From: Pelagibaca sp.
GTDB lineage: Bacteria; Pseudomonadota; Alphaproteobacteria; Rhodobacterales; Rhodobacteraceae
Length of the DNA stretch: 64,000 nucleotides
NCBI GenBank assembly: GCA_041725935.1
Contig: JBGRQD010000018.1
Span: 9,242-73,241 of the forward strand
Reading direction: 5' to 3'
A program made the translations under genes and the position numbers. This document shows positions 39,684-50,102 of the stretch, in pieces; position 1 is the first letter of the stretch, and each line of letters opens with the position of its first letter. The notes under the pieces are model-generated. The model did not search any database, was not told the DNA's origin, and saw only the letters and a program-made list of their open reading frames with translations.

Positions 39684-42122
39684 ATGTCCGATTTCCCGAC
39701 TTCTACCCGTGTTGTCATCATCGGCGGCGGCGTCGTTGGTGCGTCCTGCGCCTATCACATCGCCAAGGCGGGCTGGGATTGCGTATTGTTGGAGAAAAAC
39801 GAGCTAACAGCCGGGTCGACTTGGCACGCAGCCGGGAATTGTCCGTCCTTCAGCACAAGCTGGGCGGTGATGAACATGCAGCGCTATTCGCTGGCGCTGT
39901 ATCGGGCCCTCGCGGACGCGGTCGATTACCCGATGAACTACCACGTCACCGGGTCGATCCGTCTGGGTCATACCAAGGAGCGGATGCAGGAATTCGAACG
40001 CGCCCGTGCGATGGGGCGGTATCAGGGCCTCGACCTCGAGATGATGGCGGTGGCCGACATCAAGGAGCGTTATCCCTTTATCGAAACCCACGATCTTGCC
40101 GGGGGGCTGTATGATCCTGACGACGGCGATATCGACCCCGCGCAGCTGACACAGGCGCTCGCAAAGGGTGCGCGCCAGATGGGGGCGAAGATCGAACGCT
40201 TCTGCCCGGCCACGGGTGTGACCCGCAAAGGCGACGACTGGATCGTGCACACCGACAAGGGCGACATCACCTGCGAGAAGGTGGTCAACGCAGCGGGCTA
40301 TTATGCCCAGCAGGTCGGGGAATGGTTCAAACCCTATGGCGGGCGCACCGTGCCGATGGCGGTGATGAGCCATCAGTACTTCCTGACCGAACCCGTGGCC
40401 GAGCTTGAGGCGTGGTCCAAGGAGAACGGCAAGCTGCCGCTCCTGCGGGACGTGGATTCAAGCTACTATCTGCGGCAGGAAAAGTACGGTCTGAACCTTG
40501 GACCGTACGAACGGAACTGCAAGGCGCATTGGGTGACACCAGACGATCCGATGCCCGACGATTTCAGCTTTCAGCTCTACCCAGACGACCTTGAACGCCT
40601 CGAATGGTATATCGAGGACGCGATGGCCCGCGTGCCGATCCTGGGTGCCTCGGGTGTGGGCCGGGTGATCAACGGCCCGATCCCCTATGCTCCCGACGGC
40701 CTGCCCCTGCTGGGCCCGATGCCCGGCGTGCCCAACGCGTTTGAGGCCTGCGTGTTCACCTTTGGGATCACCCAGGGCGGCGGCGCGGGCAAGGTGCTGG
40801 CCGAATGGGTCACCGAAGGCCAAACCGAGTGGGACATGTGGTCGGTCGATCCGCGCCGCTACACCGATTACGCGGATGCCGATTACTGCACCCAGAAAGC
40901 GATCGAGGTGTATGGCCACGAATACGCCATGCATTTCCCGCGCCACGCCTGGCCTGCCGGGCGCGACAAGAAGATGTCGGCGGTGCATGACAAGATCCTC
41001 GCGGCAGGCGGGGTTATGGGGGCCTATAACGGCTGGGAACGCGCCAACTGGTTCGCGCAACCGGGCGACGACACCTCTGAGAAAGCGACACAGACATGGG
41101 CGCGGTCCGGCCCCTGGCAGCAGCGCATCAAGGAAGAATGCGAAGCGGTGCGGGACGCGGCGGGCGTGATCGCCATTTCCGGCTTCACGCGCCTGTCGGT
41201 CGAAGGTCCGGGTGCGCGCGCCCATGTAGATGCGCTTACCTGTTCGGCCCTGCCGAAACCGGGGCGCGTTGGTCTCGCCTATTTCCCGGACGACCGGGGG
41301 CGCATCCTGACGGAAATGTCGGTGATTCCGCAAAGCGACGAGGCGATCTGGCTCATCACCGCCGCCGTGGCGCAATGGCACGATCGCGACGTGCTGCTGC
41401 GCAACCTGCCCGAGGGAATAGCCCTGCATGACCGCACGACGAAATACGAATGTTTCCTCGTCACCGGCCCCAAGGCGCGCGATATGCTGGCTCCGCTGAC
41501 CGATGCCGACCTGACGCTGCCCTGGCTGTCTTATCAGGAAGCGGACGTCTGCGGCGCGTCTTGCGTTCTGCTGCGGGTGTCCTTCGCCGGTGAGCTGGGC
41601 TGGGAGGTGCATTGCCTGACCGAAGATGCGCCCAAGATCTACGATGCCATCCTGAGCGCAGGCGCAAAACCCTTCGGCATGTACGCGCTGAATGCGCTGC
41701 GCATCGAAAAGGGCTACCGCGCGTGGAAGGGCGATCTGTCGACGGATTACACGATGCTGCAAGGCGGGTTGGACCGGTTCGTCAAGCTCGACAAGCCGCA
41801 GGATTTCCCCGGCAAGGCAGCTCTGCAAAACGAAAAACAGCAAGGCGTGACCAAACGCTTCGTCACGCTGATCGTTGATGCGGGCGACCACGATGCGCCC
41901 TACATGTCGACGCTCTGGCATGACGGACAGGTTGTCGGAGAAACCACGTCGGGCGACTGGGGCTACCGCGTCGGTGCCTCCATCGCGCTCGGCGTGCTGC
42001 GCGCCGACCTGGCCGTGCCGGGCACGGAACTTCGGATCGACATCTACGGCGAAATGCGCAAGGCGGTGGTCCAGAAGGATGAACCCCTTTGGGATCCGCA
42101 AAACGAAAGGCTGCGCGCATGA
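39684..42122 (+). CDS. FAD-dependent GcvT-family oxidoreductase, dimethylglycine dehydrogenase-like
   Basis: GGGVVG, STWHAAG, THF-binding GcvT domain, RIEKGY; start trimmed to MSDFPTS. Confidence 0.88.
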   Translation: MSDFPTSTRVVIIGGGVVGASCAYHIAKAGWDCVLLEKNELTAGSTWHAAGNCPSFSTSWAVMNMQRYSLALYRALADAVDYPMNYHVTGSIRLGHTKERMQEFERARAMGRYQGLDLEMMAVADIKERYPFIETHDLAGGLYDPDDGDIDPAQLTQALAKGARQMGAKIERFCPATGVTRKGDDWIVHTDKGDITCEKVVNAAGYYAQQVGEWFKPYGGRTVPMAVMSHQYFLTEPVAELEAWSKENGKLPLLRDVDSSYYLRQEKYGLNLGPYERNCKAHWVTPDDPMPDDFSFQLYPDDLERLEWYIEDAMARVPILGASGVGRVINGPIPYAPDGLPLLGPMPGVPNAFEACVFTFGITQGGGAGKVLAEWVTEGQTEWDMWSVDPRRYTDYADADYCTQKAIEVYGHEYAMHFPRHAWPAGRDKKMSAVHDKILAAGGVMGAYNGWERANWFAQPGDDTSEKATQTWARSGPWQQRIKEECEAVRDAAGVIAISGFTRLSVEGPGARAHVDALTCSALPKPGRVGLAYFPDDRGRILTEMSVIPQSDEAIWLITAAVAQWHDRDVLLRNLPEGIALHDRTTKYECFLVTGPKARDMLAPLTDADLTLPWLSYQEADVCGASCVLLRVSFAGELGWEVHCLTEDAPKIYDAILSAGAKPFGMYALNALRIEKGYRAWKGDLSTDYTMLQGGLDRFVKLDKPQDFPGKAALQNEKQQGVTKRFVTLIVDAGDHDAPYMSTLWHDGQVVGETTSGDWGYRVGASIALGVLRADLAVPGTELRIDIYGEMRKAVVQKDEPLWDPQNERLRA

Positions 42123-42991
42123 CGATCACGATTCTGGACGGTGGGATGGGTCAGGAACTCGTCCACCGCTCCGGTGCCAAACCAACTCCGCTCTGGGCAA
42201 CGCAGGTTATGATCGACATGCCGCATCTGGTGCGGGACATACATTCCGACTACTTCGCCGCCGGTGCACATATCGCCACCGCGAACACCTATGCTATCCA
42301 CCGTGACCGGCTGCTGGGCACCGGGTTGGAAGACAGGTTTCACGACCTGCACCGCATAGCAATTGACATGGCCCTTGCTGCACGCGATGCGCATGGATCG
42401 GGTCGGGTCGCCGGAGCCATCGGACCCCTGGGCGCGTCCTACCGCGCAGATGTGCAGCCGCCACATGACGAAGCCGTGCGGCTTTATGCCGAAGTGGCGG
42501 GGCTGCTGGCGCCCGACTGCGATCTGCTTCTGATCGAAACCGTGGCCTCGGTCGCACAGACCCGCGCCGCGCTTGAAGGTGCCTTGGGCCATGGCAAACC
42601 GGTCTGGATCGCCTTCACCGTGGATGACGCCGATGGCACACGCTTGAGGTCCGGCGAGCCTTTGGCCGATGCCGTGGCGCTGTCCACCGGCGCGGCTGCC
42701 CTTCTGGCCAATTGCTCCGCCCCCGAGGCGATGCCTCAGGCGGTCGACATCCTCAAGGTCAGCGGCAAACCGGTGGGAGCCTATGCCAATGCGTTCAAAA
42801 CGATCACCAAGGAGTTCCTTCAGGACAAGCCCACCGTCGATGCGCTGACAGCGCGCCGCGACATGGGGCCCGAGGCCTATGCTGATCAGGCCGCGATCTG
42901 GGTCGATCATGGCGCGTCGATCCTTGGCGGGTGCTGCGAAACGGGTCCGGCCCATATCGCCAAGCTTGCCCAGCGGTTTGCCGGAACCTGA
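42119..42991 (+). CDS. Homocysteine S-methyltransferase family (BHMT-like)
   Basis: LDGGMG, ANC and GGCC Zn-binding cysteines; ATGA coupling. Confidence 0.88.
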   Translation: MTITILDGGMGQELVHRSGAKPTPLWATQVMIDMPHLVRDIHSDYFAAGAHIATANTYAIHRDRLLGTGLEDRFHDLHRIAIDMALAARDAHGSGRVAGAIGPLGASYRADVQPPHDEAVRLYAEVAGLLAPDCDLLLIETVASVAQTRAALEGALGHGKPVWIAFTVDDADGTRLRSGEPLADAVALSTGAAALLANCSAPEAMPQAVDILKVSGKPVGAYANAFKTITKEFLQDKPTVDALTARRDMGPEAYADQAAIWVDHGASILGGCCETGPAHIAKLAQRFAGT

Positions 42992-43006
42992 CCGGGAATG
43001 CGCGCG

Positions 43007-43037
43007 CCCCTGCTTCTTCTCTTTCCAAATACGCAAA
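43007..43037 (+). repeat. 31-bp dispersed repeat, copy 1
   Basis: CCCCTGCTTCTTCTCTTTCCAAATACGCAAA, identical to the reverse complement of 46282-46312. Confidence 0.9.
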
Positions 43038-43098
43038 TGCGCGCTTTGCCAGACAATGCGGCATCGCGCATCTCAGCCCCGCTTCAAGGAGATCATTC

Positions 43099-45543
43099 AT
43101 GACCTTGCCCCCCCATGCCCGCGCCGTGATCATCGGTGGGGGTGTCGTCGGCTGTTCTGTCGCCTATCACCTGACCAAGCTGGGCTGGACCGACGTGGTG
43201 CTGCTGGAACGCAAGCAGTTGACCTCGGGCACGACATGGCATGCGGCGGGTCTGATCGGGCAGTTGCGGGCCTCGTCCAACATGACGAAGCTCGCGAAAT
43301 ACACGGCTGATCTTTATTCCACGATTGAGGCGGAAACCGGGGTTGCCACGGGGTTTCGGAAGGTCGGGTCGATCTCGGTCGCTCTGACCCATGAGCGGCA
43401 CGAGGAGTTGCGCCGCTCTGCCGCCATGGCGCGGGCTTTTGGTGTCCCGGTCGAGGAAATCGACACGGCCGAGATCAAGCGGATGTACCCGCATCTCAAC
43501 ATCAGTGATGTGGTTGGCGGGGTCTACCTGCCCAGCGACGGACAGGGCGATCCGGCCAATATCGCACTGGCGATGGCCAAGGGCGCGCGGCAGCGCGCGG
43601 CGCAGATTGTAGAACGCGTCAAGGCCACGGGCATTTCCCGTACCGGGCGGCGGATCACCTCTGTCGATTGGGCGTCGGAAGACGGCGACACCGGCACGAT
43701 CACCTGCGATCATGTCGTGAATTGCGCGGGGATGTGGGGCCGGGAGGTGGGGCAGATGCTTGGGTTCAATGTCCCGCTTCAGGCCTGCGAGCATTTCTAC
43801 ATCGTCTCCGAACCCATCGCAGGGCTGTCGGCGCTTCCGGTGCTGCGAGTGCCGGATGAATGCGCCTATTACAAGGAAGACGCAGGCAAGATGATGCTGG
43901 GGGCCTTCGAGCCTGTCTCGAAACCTTGGGCACTGAGCGGCATTCCCGAGAGTTTCGAGTTCGACCAGCTGCCCGAGGATTTCGACCATTTCGAGCCGAT
44001 CCTGGAGGCGGCGGTGAACCGCATGCCGATGCTGGCCGAGGCGGGGATTCACACGTTCTTCAATGGGCCGGAAAGCTTTACGCCCGACAACTCCTACTAC
44101 CTTGGCCAAGCGCGCGAGATGGACAATGTCTGGGTCGCCGCCGGGTTCAACTCCATCGGCATCCAGTCGGCGGGTGGGGCTGGCATGGCGCTGGCGCAAT
44201 GGATGGAGGACGGCGCGAAACCGTTCGATCTGGGCGACGTGGACATCGCCCGCGCCCAGCCTTTCCAGCGCAATCGGCGCTATCTCAAGGAGCGTGTGAC
44301 CGAGACTTTGGGTCTGCTCTATGCCGACCATTATCCGTACCGCCAGAAGGCAACAGCACGCGGCGTGCGGCGGACGCCGTTTCATCAGCAGCTTCTGAAT
44401 CGGGGCGCCGTCATGGGGGAAATCGCCGGTTGGGAACGGGCCAACTGGTATGCGACCGAAGGCCAGACGCCCGAATACGCCTATAGCTGGAAGCGGCAGA
44501 ATTTCTTTGACAACGCCGCGCGCGAACACAAGGCGATCCGTGAGAATGTGGGCCTTTACGACATGTCCTCCTTCGGCAAGCTGCGGGTCGAAGGCCCGGA
44601 GGCGGAGGCGTTTCTGAACCATGTCTGCGGTGCCGACATGTCGGTGCCAGTGGGCAAGATCGTCTATACGCAGTTCCTGAACACACGCGGCGGGATCGAG
44701 GCGGATGTGACCGTCACGCGACTGTCGGAGACCTGTTATCTCGTGGTCACCCCCGCCGCGACGCGCGCGGCCGATCAGACGTGGCTCCAGCGTCACGTGG
44801 GCGATCAGCGTGTTGTGATCACCGATGTCACGGCTGGCGAAGGCGTGCTTGCCATCATGGGGCCGAATGCGCGCAAATTCATGCAGGCGGTGTCGCCGGA
44901 TGATTTCTCGAACGAGGCCAACCCGTTCGGCACCGCGCAGGAGATCGAGATCGGTCTGGGCACCGCGCGGGTGCACCGGGTGTCCTATGTCGGAGAGCTG
45001 GGCTGGGAGATCTATATCTCTGCAGATCAGGCCGAGCATGTGTTCGAAACTCTCTGGGAGGCAGGGCAGGATCACGGGCTGACGCTGTGCGGGATGCATG
45101 CGATGGACACCTGCCGGATCGAAAAGGCGTTTCGGCATTTCGGCCATGACATCACCTGCGAGGATCACGTTCTTGAGGCAGGTCTCGGATTTGCCGTCAA
45201 AACCGTGAAACCGGATTTCATCGGACGCGATGCCGTTTTGCAAAAGCGCGATGCCGGTTTGCAAACACGTCTGGTGCAGTTCCGACTGACCGATCCGGAA
45301 CCGCTGCTTTACCACCACGAACCGATCCTGCGGGACGGGAAGATCGTGGGCTATCTGAGTTCGGGTGCCTATGGACACCATCTGGGCGGCGCCATCGGCA
45401 TGGGCTACGTGCCCTGCGCCGGGGAAAGCGCGGAGCAGGTGATGGCATCAACCTACGAGATCGACGTGGCGGGCACGCGGGTGCGGGCGGAGGCGTCGCT
45501 GAAGCCGATGTATGATCCGGGGTCAGAGCGGGTGAAGGCGTAG
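43099..45543 (+). CDS. FAD-dependent GcvT-family oxidoreductase, sarcosine dehydrogenase-like
   Basis: GGGVVG, TTWHAAG, GPESFTPD, RIEKAF; AAGGAG RBS. Confidence 0.88.
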   Translation: MTLPPHARAVIIGGGVVGCSVAYHLTKLGWTDVVLLERKQLTSGTTWHAAGLIGQLRASSNMTKLAKYTADLYSTIEAETGVATGFRKVGSISVALTHERHEELRRSAAMARAFGVPVEEIDTAEIKRMYPHLNISDVVGGVYLPSDGQGDPANIALAMAKGARQRAAQIVERVKATGISRTGRRITSVDWASEDGDTGTITCDHVVNCAGMWGREVGQMLGFNVPLQACEHFYIVSEPIAGLSALPVLRVPDECAYYKEDAGKMMLGAFEPVSKPWALSGIPESFEFDQLPEDFDHFEPILEAAVNRMPMLAEAGIHTFFNGPESFTPDNSYYLGQAREMDNVWVAAGFNSIGIQSAGGAGMALAQWMEDGAKPFDLGDVDIARAQPFQRNRRYLKERVTETLGLLYADHYPYRQKATARGVRRTPFHQQLLNRGAVMGEIAGWERANWYATEGQTPEYAYSWKRQNFFDNAAREHKAIRENVGLYDMSSFGKLRVEGPEAEAFLNHVCGADMSVPVGKIVYTQFLNTRGGIEADVTVTRLSETCYLVVTPAATRAADQTWLQRHVGDQRVVITDVTAGEGVLAIMGPNARKFMQAVSPDDFSNEANPFGTAQEIEIGLGTARVHRVSYVGELGWEIYISADQAEHVFETLWEAGQDHGLTLCGMHAMDTCRIEKAFRHFGHDITCEDHVLEAGLGFAVKTVKPDFIGRDAVLQKRDAGLQTRLVQFRLTDPEPLLYHHEPILRDGKIVGYLSSGAYGHHLGGAIGMGYVPCAGESAEQVMASTYEIDVAGTRVRAEASLKPMYDPGSERVKA

Positions 45544-45586
45544 CCGGGTCCTTGTCCCTGCGCGCCAAGCTGCGTAGAGCGGGGGC

Positions 45587-46231
45587 ATGACAGACTATAG
45601 ACCCCCCGACACGCCGCTGGACGTGCTGCACGAGGATCATCAGATCCTGATCGTGAACAAACCTGCGGGCCTGTTGTCTGTTCCGGGAAAGACGCCGGAA
45701 TTGGCCGATTGCCTGATTGCCCGGCTCGAGATTGCCTATCCGCAGGTGCTGCTGGTGCATCGGCTGGACCGCGACACGTCGGGTGTGATGGTCTTTGCCC
45801 TGACGCCACATGCCCAGCGCCATCTCGGGCTGCAATTCGAGAAGCGACAGACAAAGAAGACCTATCTGGCCCGCGTGACCGGGCGGCTGAAGCCGAAGAC
45901 CGGCACGGTGGACCTGCCGCTGATCGTGGATTGGCCGAACCGGCCCTTGCAGATGGTGGACCATGAGACCGGCAAACCGGCGGTGACCGATTGGCGGGTG
46001 ATGAAAGCCTCGGACACGGAAAGCCGGGTGCAGCTTTACCCGCAGACCGGGCGCAGCCACCAGTTGCGGGTGCATATGCTGGCGCTGGGGCACCCGATCC
46101 TTGGCGATCCGCTTTATGCACCTGAAACGGCGGATCAGTATCCCCGGATGATGCTGCATGCCGAGGAATTGCGCCTGCGCCATCCCGATGGTGGGGCTGG
46201 CATGAAATTTCGGGTCAAGGCACCCTTCTGA
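45587..46231 (+). CDS. rluA: RluA-family pseudouridine synthase
   Basis: NKPAGLLS, HRLDRDTSG, TGRSHQLRVH, GDPLY. Confidence 0.9.
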   Translation: MTDYRPPDTPLDVLHEDHQILIVNKPAGLLSVPGKTPELADCLIARLEIAYPQVLLVHRLDRDTSGVMVFALTPHAQRHLGLQFEKRQTKKTYLARVTGRLKPKTGTVDLPLIVDWPNRPLQMVDHETGKPAVTDWRVMKASDTESRVQLYPQTGRSHQLRVHMLALGHPILGDPLYAPETADQYPRMMLHAEELRLRHPDGGAGMKFRVKAPF

Positions 46232-46281
46232 GAGGTATCGAACGCTGACGCGTCCGACAGGCGCAGCCTGCGGCTGCGTTT

Positions 46282-46312
46282 TTTGCGTATTTGGAAAGAG
46301 AAGAAGCAGGGG
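46282..46312 (-). repeat. 31-bp dispersed repeat, copy 2
   Basis: Exact inverted copy of 43007-43037; next to hairpin CGCAGC-CTGCG-GCTGCG. Confidence 0.9.
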
Positions 46313-46336
46313 ACTGTGCCCCTGCCCCAAGGGCTT

Positions 46337-47776
46337 TTATTCCGCGGCCCAGCCGGAAACCGCTTTGACCTCGAGGAAATCCTCGATGCCCCAGACGCCG
46401 CCTTCGCGCCCGTTGCCGGATTGCTTCATGCCCCCGAAGGGCGATCCGGCAGAGCGGCCGATACCGTTCATTTCAACCATGCCCGACCGCAGCTGGCGGG
46501 CCAGCCGGTTGCGCCGCGCGCCGTCTTCGCTCTGGACGTAGTTGGTCAGGCCGTAGACCGTGTCGTTGGCGACGCGCACCGCTTCTTCTTCGGTGTCGAA
46601 CTTCATGATCGACAGAACCGGGCCAAAGATTTCCTCGCGGGCGATCGTCATGTCATTGGTCACATCCGCGAACACGGTGGGACGGACGTAGAACCCCTTG
46701 TTGAGACCTTCGGGGCGACCCAGACCGCCTGTCACCAGCCGCGCGCCTTCGTCGATGCCGACCTGGATCAGGTCCTGGATTTTCTGCCATTGCGTGGCGT
46801 TCACCACTGGACCGATATGGCGGCCTTCGGCAGACGCCGGACCGACGCTGACCTTCGAGGCGATCTCGCCCGCCTCTTCGACCACGCGGTCATAAATCGG
46901 CGCTTCGACCATCATGCGCGAGGGTGCGTTGCAGGACTGGCCGGTGTTCTGCATCATGTGCAGCACGCCGCGCTTGACCGCCTTTTCATCTGCGTCGGCG
47001 AAGATCAGGTTGGCGCCCTTGCCGCCCAGTTCCAGATGCACGCGCTTGAGCGTGTCGGCGGCGGATTTGGAAATCAGCTTGCCCGCGCGGCTGGAGCCGG
47101 TGAAGCTGACCATGTCGATGTGTTCGTGCGCGGAGAGTTGCGATCCGACACCTGCGCCATCGCCGTTCACAAGGTTGAACACACCCGGCGGGAACCCGGC
47201 CTCGTGCATCATCTCGGCAAAGAGCATCGCGTCGAGCGGGCTTTCCTCGGACGGCTTCAATACCATCGTGCAGCCCGCGATCGCGGCCGCGCCCACCTTG
47301 AGCGTGACCTGGTTCATCGGCCAGTTCCACGGGGTGATCAGCGCGCAGACACCCACCGCTTCGTAGATGATGCGGTCCTTGGGGCTGTGATCGTTCAGCG
47401 GGCGGTCGAATTCGAAGCCTTTGGCGGCATCGATGAAATTCTGAAGATGCCACGTGCCTGCGCCGACCTGGCTGGAGCGGGCCATGTCGATCGGCGCGCC
47501 CATTTCCATGCTGATCGCCTGCCCCATCTCCTCGCCGCGCGACTTGTAGATTTCGAGCAGTTTCTCGACCAGCGCGATCCGCTCGGCAGGCGGGGTCGCC
47601 ATCCAGGACGGGAAGGCGGATTTGGCGGCGGCAACGGCAGCATCGGTATCGGCCTGACCACCCAGCGAGATCACGGCGCAGGGGTCTTCGGTCGACGGAT
47701 CAATGACGTGGTAATCCCGGCCATCGACCGCATCGACCCATGCCCCGTTGATGTAGAACTGGCGTTTCTCGATCAT
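46337..47776 (-). CDS. NAD(P)-dependent aldehyde dehydrogenase
   Basis: PWNWP, FTGS, LELGGK, GQSC, EEIFGP. Confidence 0.95.
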   Translation of the reverse strand: MIEKRQFYINGAWVDAVDGRDYHVIDPSTEDPCAVISLGGQADTDAAVAAAKSAFPSWMATPPAERIALVEKLLEIYKSRGEEMGQAISMEMGAPIDMARSSQVGAGTWHLQNFIDAAKGFEFDRPLNDHSPKDRIIYEAVGVCALITPWNWPMNQVTLKVGAAAIAGCTMVLKPSEESPLDAMLFAEMMHEAGFPPGVFNLVNGDGAGVGSQLSAHEHIDMVSFTGSSRAGKLISKSAADTLKRVHLELGGKGANLIFADADEKAVKRGVLHMMQNTGQSCNAPSRMMVEAPIYDRVVEEAGEIASKVSVGPASAEGRHIGPVVNATQWQKIQDLIQVGIDEGARLVTGGLGRPEGLNKGFYVRPTVFADVTNDMTIAREEIFGPVLSIMKFDTEEEAVRVANDTVYGLTNYVQSEDGARRNRLARQLRSGMVEMNGIGRSAGSPFGGMKQSGNGREGGVWGIEDFLEVKAVSGWAAE

Positions 47777-47905
47777 CTGTCTGTCTCCCTTCAGAGCATT
47801 TCGGCGGACACTGTGTCACCCCGGCCATCCGCTCGCAAGGGGGTGCAACGGCTGACCAAGCCCCCTATGTAACAGGCGGAGATCAACCCCGAGAAGGAGG
47901 CAAAT

Positions 47906-48559
47906 ATGGGCCTGCGTATCAATGATGTAATCCCCGATCTGACCGTGGACACCGATCAGGGCACACTCAGCCTGCATGACTGGATCGGCGACAGCTGGGC
48001 CATCCTGTTCTCTCATCCAAAGGATTTCACCCCCGTCTGCACAACCGAGTTCGGCGCTGTGGCACAATTGGCCGATGAATGGGAGCGACGCGCCACCAAG
48101 GTGATGGGCATTTCGGTTGACGGTGTCGAGGATCACAAGCGGTGGAAAAACGATATCGAGGCGACCGCAGGCTGCAAAGCCGGGTTCCCGATCATCGCGG
48201 ATGAAGACCTGACCGTGGCCAAGGCGTTCGACATGCTGCCTGCGGAATACGCGCTGCCCGATGGTCGCACACCTGCCGACAGCGCAACCGTGCGCGTCGT
48301 GTTCATCATCGGGCCGGACAAGAAGCTGAAGCTTAGCATGACCTATCCGATGACCGTGGGGCGCAATTTTGCCGAAGTACTGCGCGCGCTGGATGCGCTC
48401 CAGACCTCGGCACGGGAGAACGTCGCGATGCCCGCGAACTGGACCGTGGGTGAGGACGTGATCATACCAGTGGCCGTGAACGACGCGGACGCGATTGCCA
48501 AGTACGGGCAGATCAACACGGTCCTGCCCTATCTGCGTACAGCCAAGCTGCCGCTGTAA
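47906..48559 (+). CDS. 1-Cys peroxiredoxin (Prx6 family)
   Basis: FSHPKDFTPVCTTE; YPMTVGRNF. Confidence 0.93.
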   Translation: MGLRINDVIPDLTVDTDQGTLSLHDWIGDSWAILFSHPKDFTPVCTTEFGAVAQLADEWERRATKVMGISVDGVEDHKRWKNDIEATAGCKAGFPIIADEDLTVAKAFDMLPAEYALPDGRTPADSATVRVVFIIGPDKKLKLSMTYPMTVGRNFAEVLRALDALQTSARENVAMPANWTVGEDVIIPVAVNDADAIAKYGQINTVLPYLRTAKLPL

Positions 48560-48613
48560 ATCCAGCGGGACGCATGTTTGGATTTGGGCCGGGGGATCAC
48601 TCCTCCGGCTTTT

Positions 48614-49558
48614 TCATTGCACCGAGATCAGCACCGCCTCGACCCGTCGGTTGGCCTCGCGGCCAGCTGCGGTGAGGTTCGTCGCGCGGGGGGACAAAAA
48701 GCCGACCCCGTCGGCGGCCACCTGAGAGGGGGGCACACCGCGCGTCAGGACATATGCCTGTGCAGCCTGTGCACGACGGCGGGAGAGCGCGACATTCGCC
48801 TCGAGCGATCCGGTCGCGTCAGTATGGCCGACAAAGGTGATCTGCCGGGTCGGATTGGCGGTCAGGTAGGCCACCACCGCATCCAGTGACTGCACCGGAC
48901 CATCGCCCAGCGAGGCCGAGCCGCTGGCGAAATCCAGATCGGCGAGCACGACATGACCGGTCCGTTCCAATTGCGCCACAACATCACCGGCATCTTCGGG
49001 GATCGGTGCTGACGCCGCTTGCGAAACCGAAACGCCGCTTCGTCCGGGTGGTCCGACCTCGATCAGTTGCACAAAGAGCGCATCGCCATCGCGGCTCACC
49101 AACAGGCTGAGCGCTTGGGTGGCATCGGCCGATTTCGCCGAGAGGAACCGGTAATCCGACAGGTCGACATACATGTTGGGCGCGCGCAGCACCTCGGTGC
49201 CGAAGCGGAAGTCGAAGCCGCCGCAGCTTTGGGCGTTGCAGTCGAAGATGATCTCGAACCCGTCCGACACAAGCTGTTCGCGCAATGGCCGAAGGACTTG
49301 TCCGGTGGTCAGCCCGGCACCGGAGATGCGCCACGCCTTGCGCCGCACCTCGCCTTCGAGGCTCGCGACCGGAATGCCCGCAGCTTCGGTCCAGCCACCG
49401 ATGGGCAGATCATAGCTTCCGGCGGGAGAGGTGCGCGACACGGTTTCACGCGCGCCGATGGGCAGGGCCATGTCCAGCGCCAGCACGGGTGCAGCAAAGA
49501 CACACCCGAACAGCCAGAGCCCGCAGAGTTCAGCGCGCTTGCGCGTGATACTCGTCAT
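48614..49558 (-). CDS. OmpA-family protein
   Basis: Signal-like N-terminus; GHTDATG...LSRRRA, NRRVE. Confidence 0.88.
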   Translation of the reverse strand: MTSITRKRAELCGLWLFGCVFAAPVLALDMALPIGARETVSRTSPAGSYDLPIGGWTEAAGIPVASLEGEVRRKAWRISGAGLTTGQVLRPLREQLVSDGFEIIFDCNAQSCGGFDFRFGTEVLRAPNMYVDLSDYRFLSAKSADATQALSLLVSRDGDALFVQLIEVGPPGRSGVSVSQAASAPIPEDAGDVVAQLERTGHVVLADLDFASGSASLGDGPVQSLDAVVAYLTANPTRQITFVGHTDATGSLEANVALSRRRAQAAQAYVLTRGVPPSQVAADGVGFLSPRATNLTAAGREANRRVEAVLISVQ

Positions 49559-50102
49559 TGGGCCGCATATCCGTGGCACTGGCCACGCGGTTGGTCATGT
49601 TGAAAAACGCAGCCACATTCGCGATGTCCCAGATGTCACGGTCACTGAACCCGGCATCGCGCAGCGCTTCACGGTCGAATTCTGCGATTTCGGCACTGGA
49701 CTTGGTGATCTTTTCAGCAAAGGCCAGCATCGCGCGATGGCGGTGCGGCAGGTCGGCCACACGCCAATTCATCACCAGCATTTCACCCATCTGGGGATCA
49801 CCCGACAAGGCGCGCACCGCTGCACCATGCGCGGTCAGGCAGTAGAAGCACTTGTTGATCGAACTGACGACCACCGCGATCATCTCGCGTTCCAGCTTGG
49901 TCAGCCCGCTGTTCGCCAGCATCAGGTCATTGTAAAGCGCGGTGAACGTATTGAGCTTGTCGACGTCAAAGGCATAGGCCTTGAGCACGTTCGGGATCAT
50001 GCCCAGCTTGTCCTGGCACACGTCGAAATATTTCTGCGTTTCCGGGGGAAGCGGGTCGACCATCGGCAGGTTGAGCGCCGTGGGAAGAGTGTCTTTGGTC
50101 AT
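49530..50102 (-). CDS. Peroxidase-related AhpD/CMD-family protein
   Basis: EREMIAVVVSSINKCFYCLTAHG (CxxC); FFNMTNR. Confidence 0.9.
   Translation of the reverse strand: MTKDTLPTALNLPMVDPLPPETQKYFDVCQDKLGMIPNVLKAYAFDVDKLNTFTALYNDLMLANSGLTKLEREMIAVVVSSINKCFYCLTAHGAAVRALSGDPQMGEMLVMNWRVADLPHRHRAMLAFAEKITKSSAEIAEFDREALRDAGFSDRDIWDIANVAAFFNMTNRVASATDMRPNDEYHAQAR

Noticed and set aside
42992-43098. Glycine or SAM riboswitch ahead of the GcvT-family gene
   Set aside because: Too short, lacks the conserved aptamer motifs, and is largely occupied by the 31-bp repeat.
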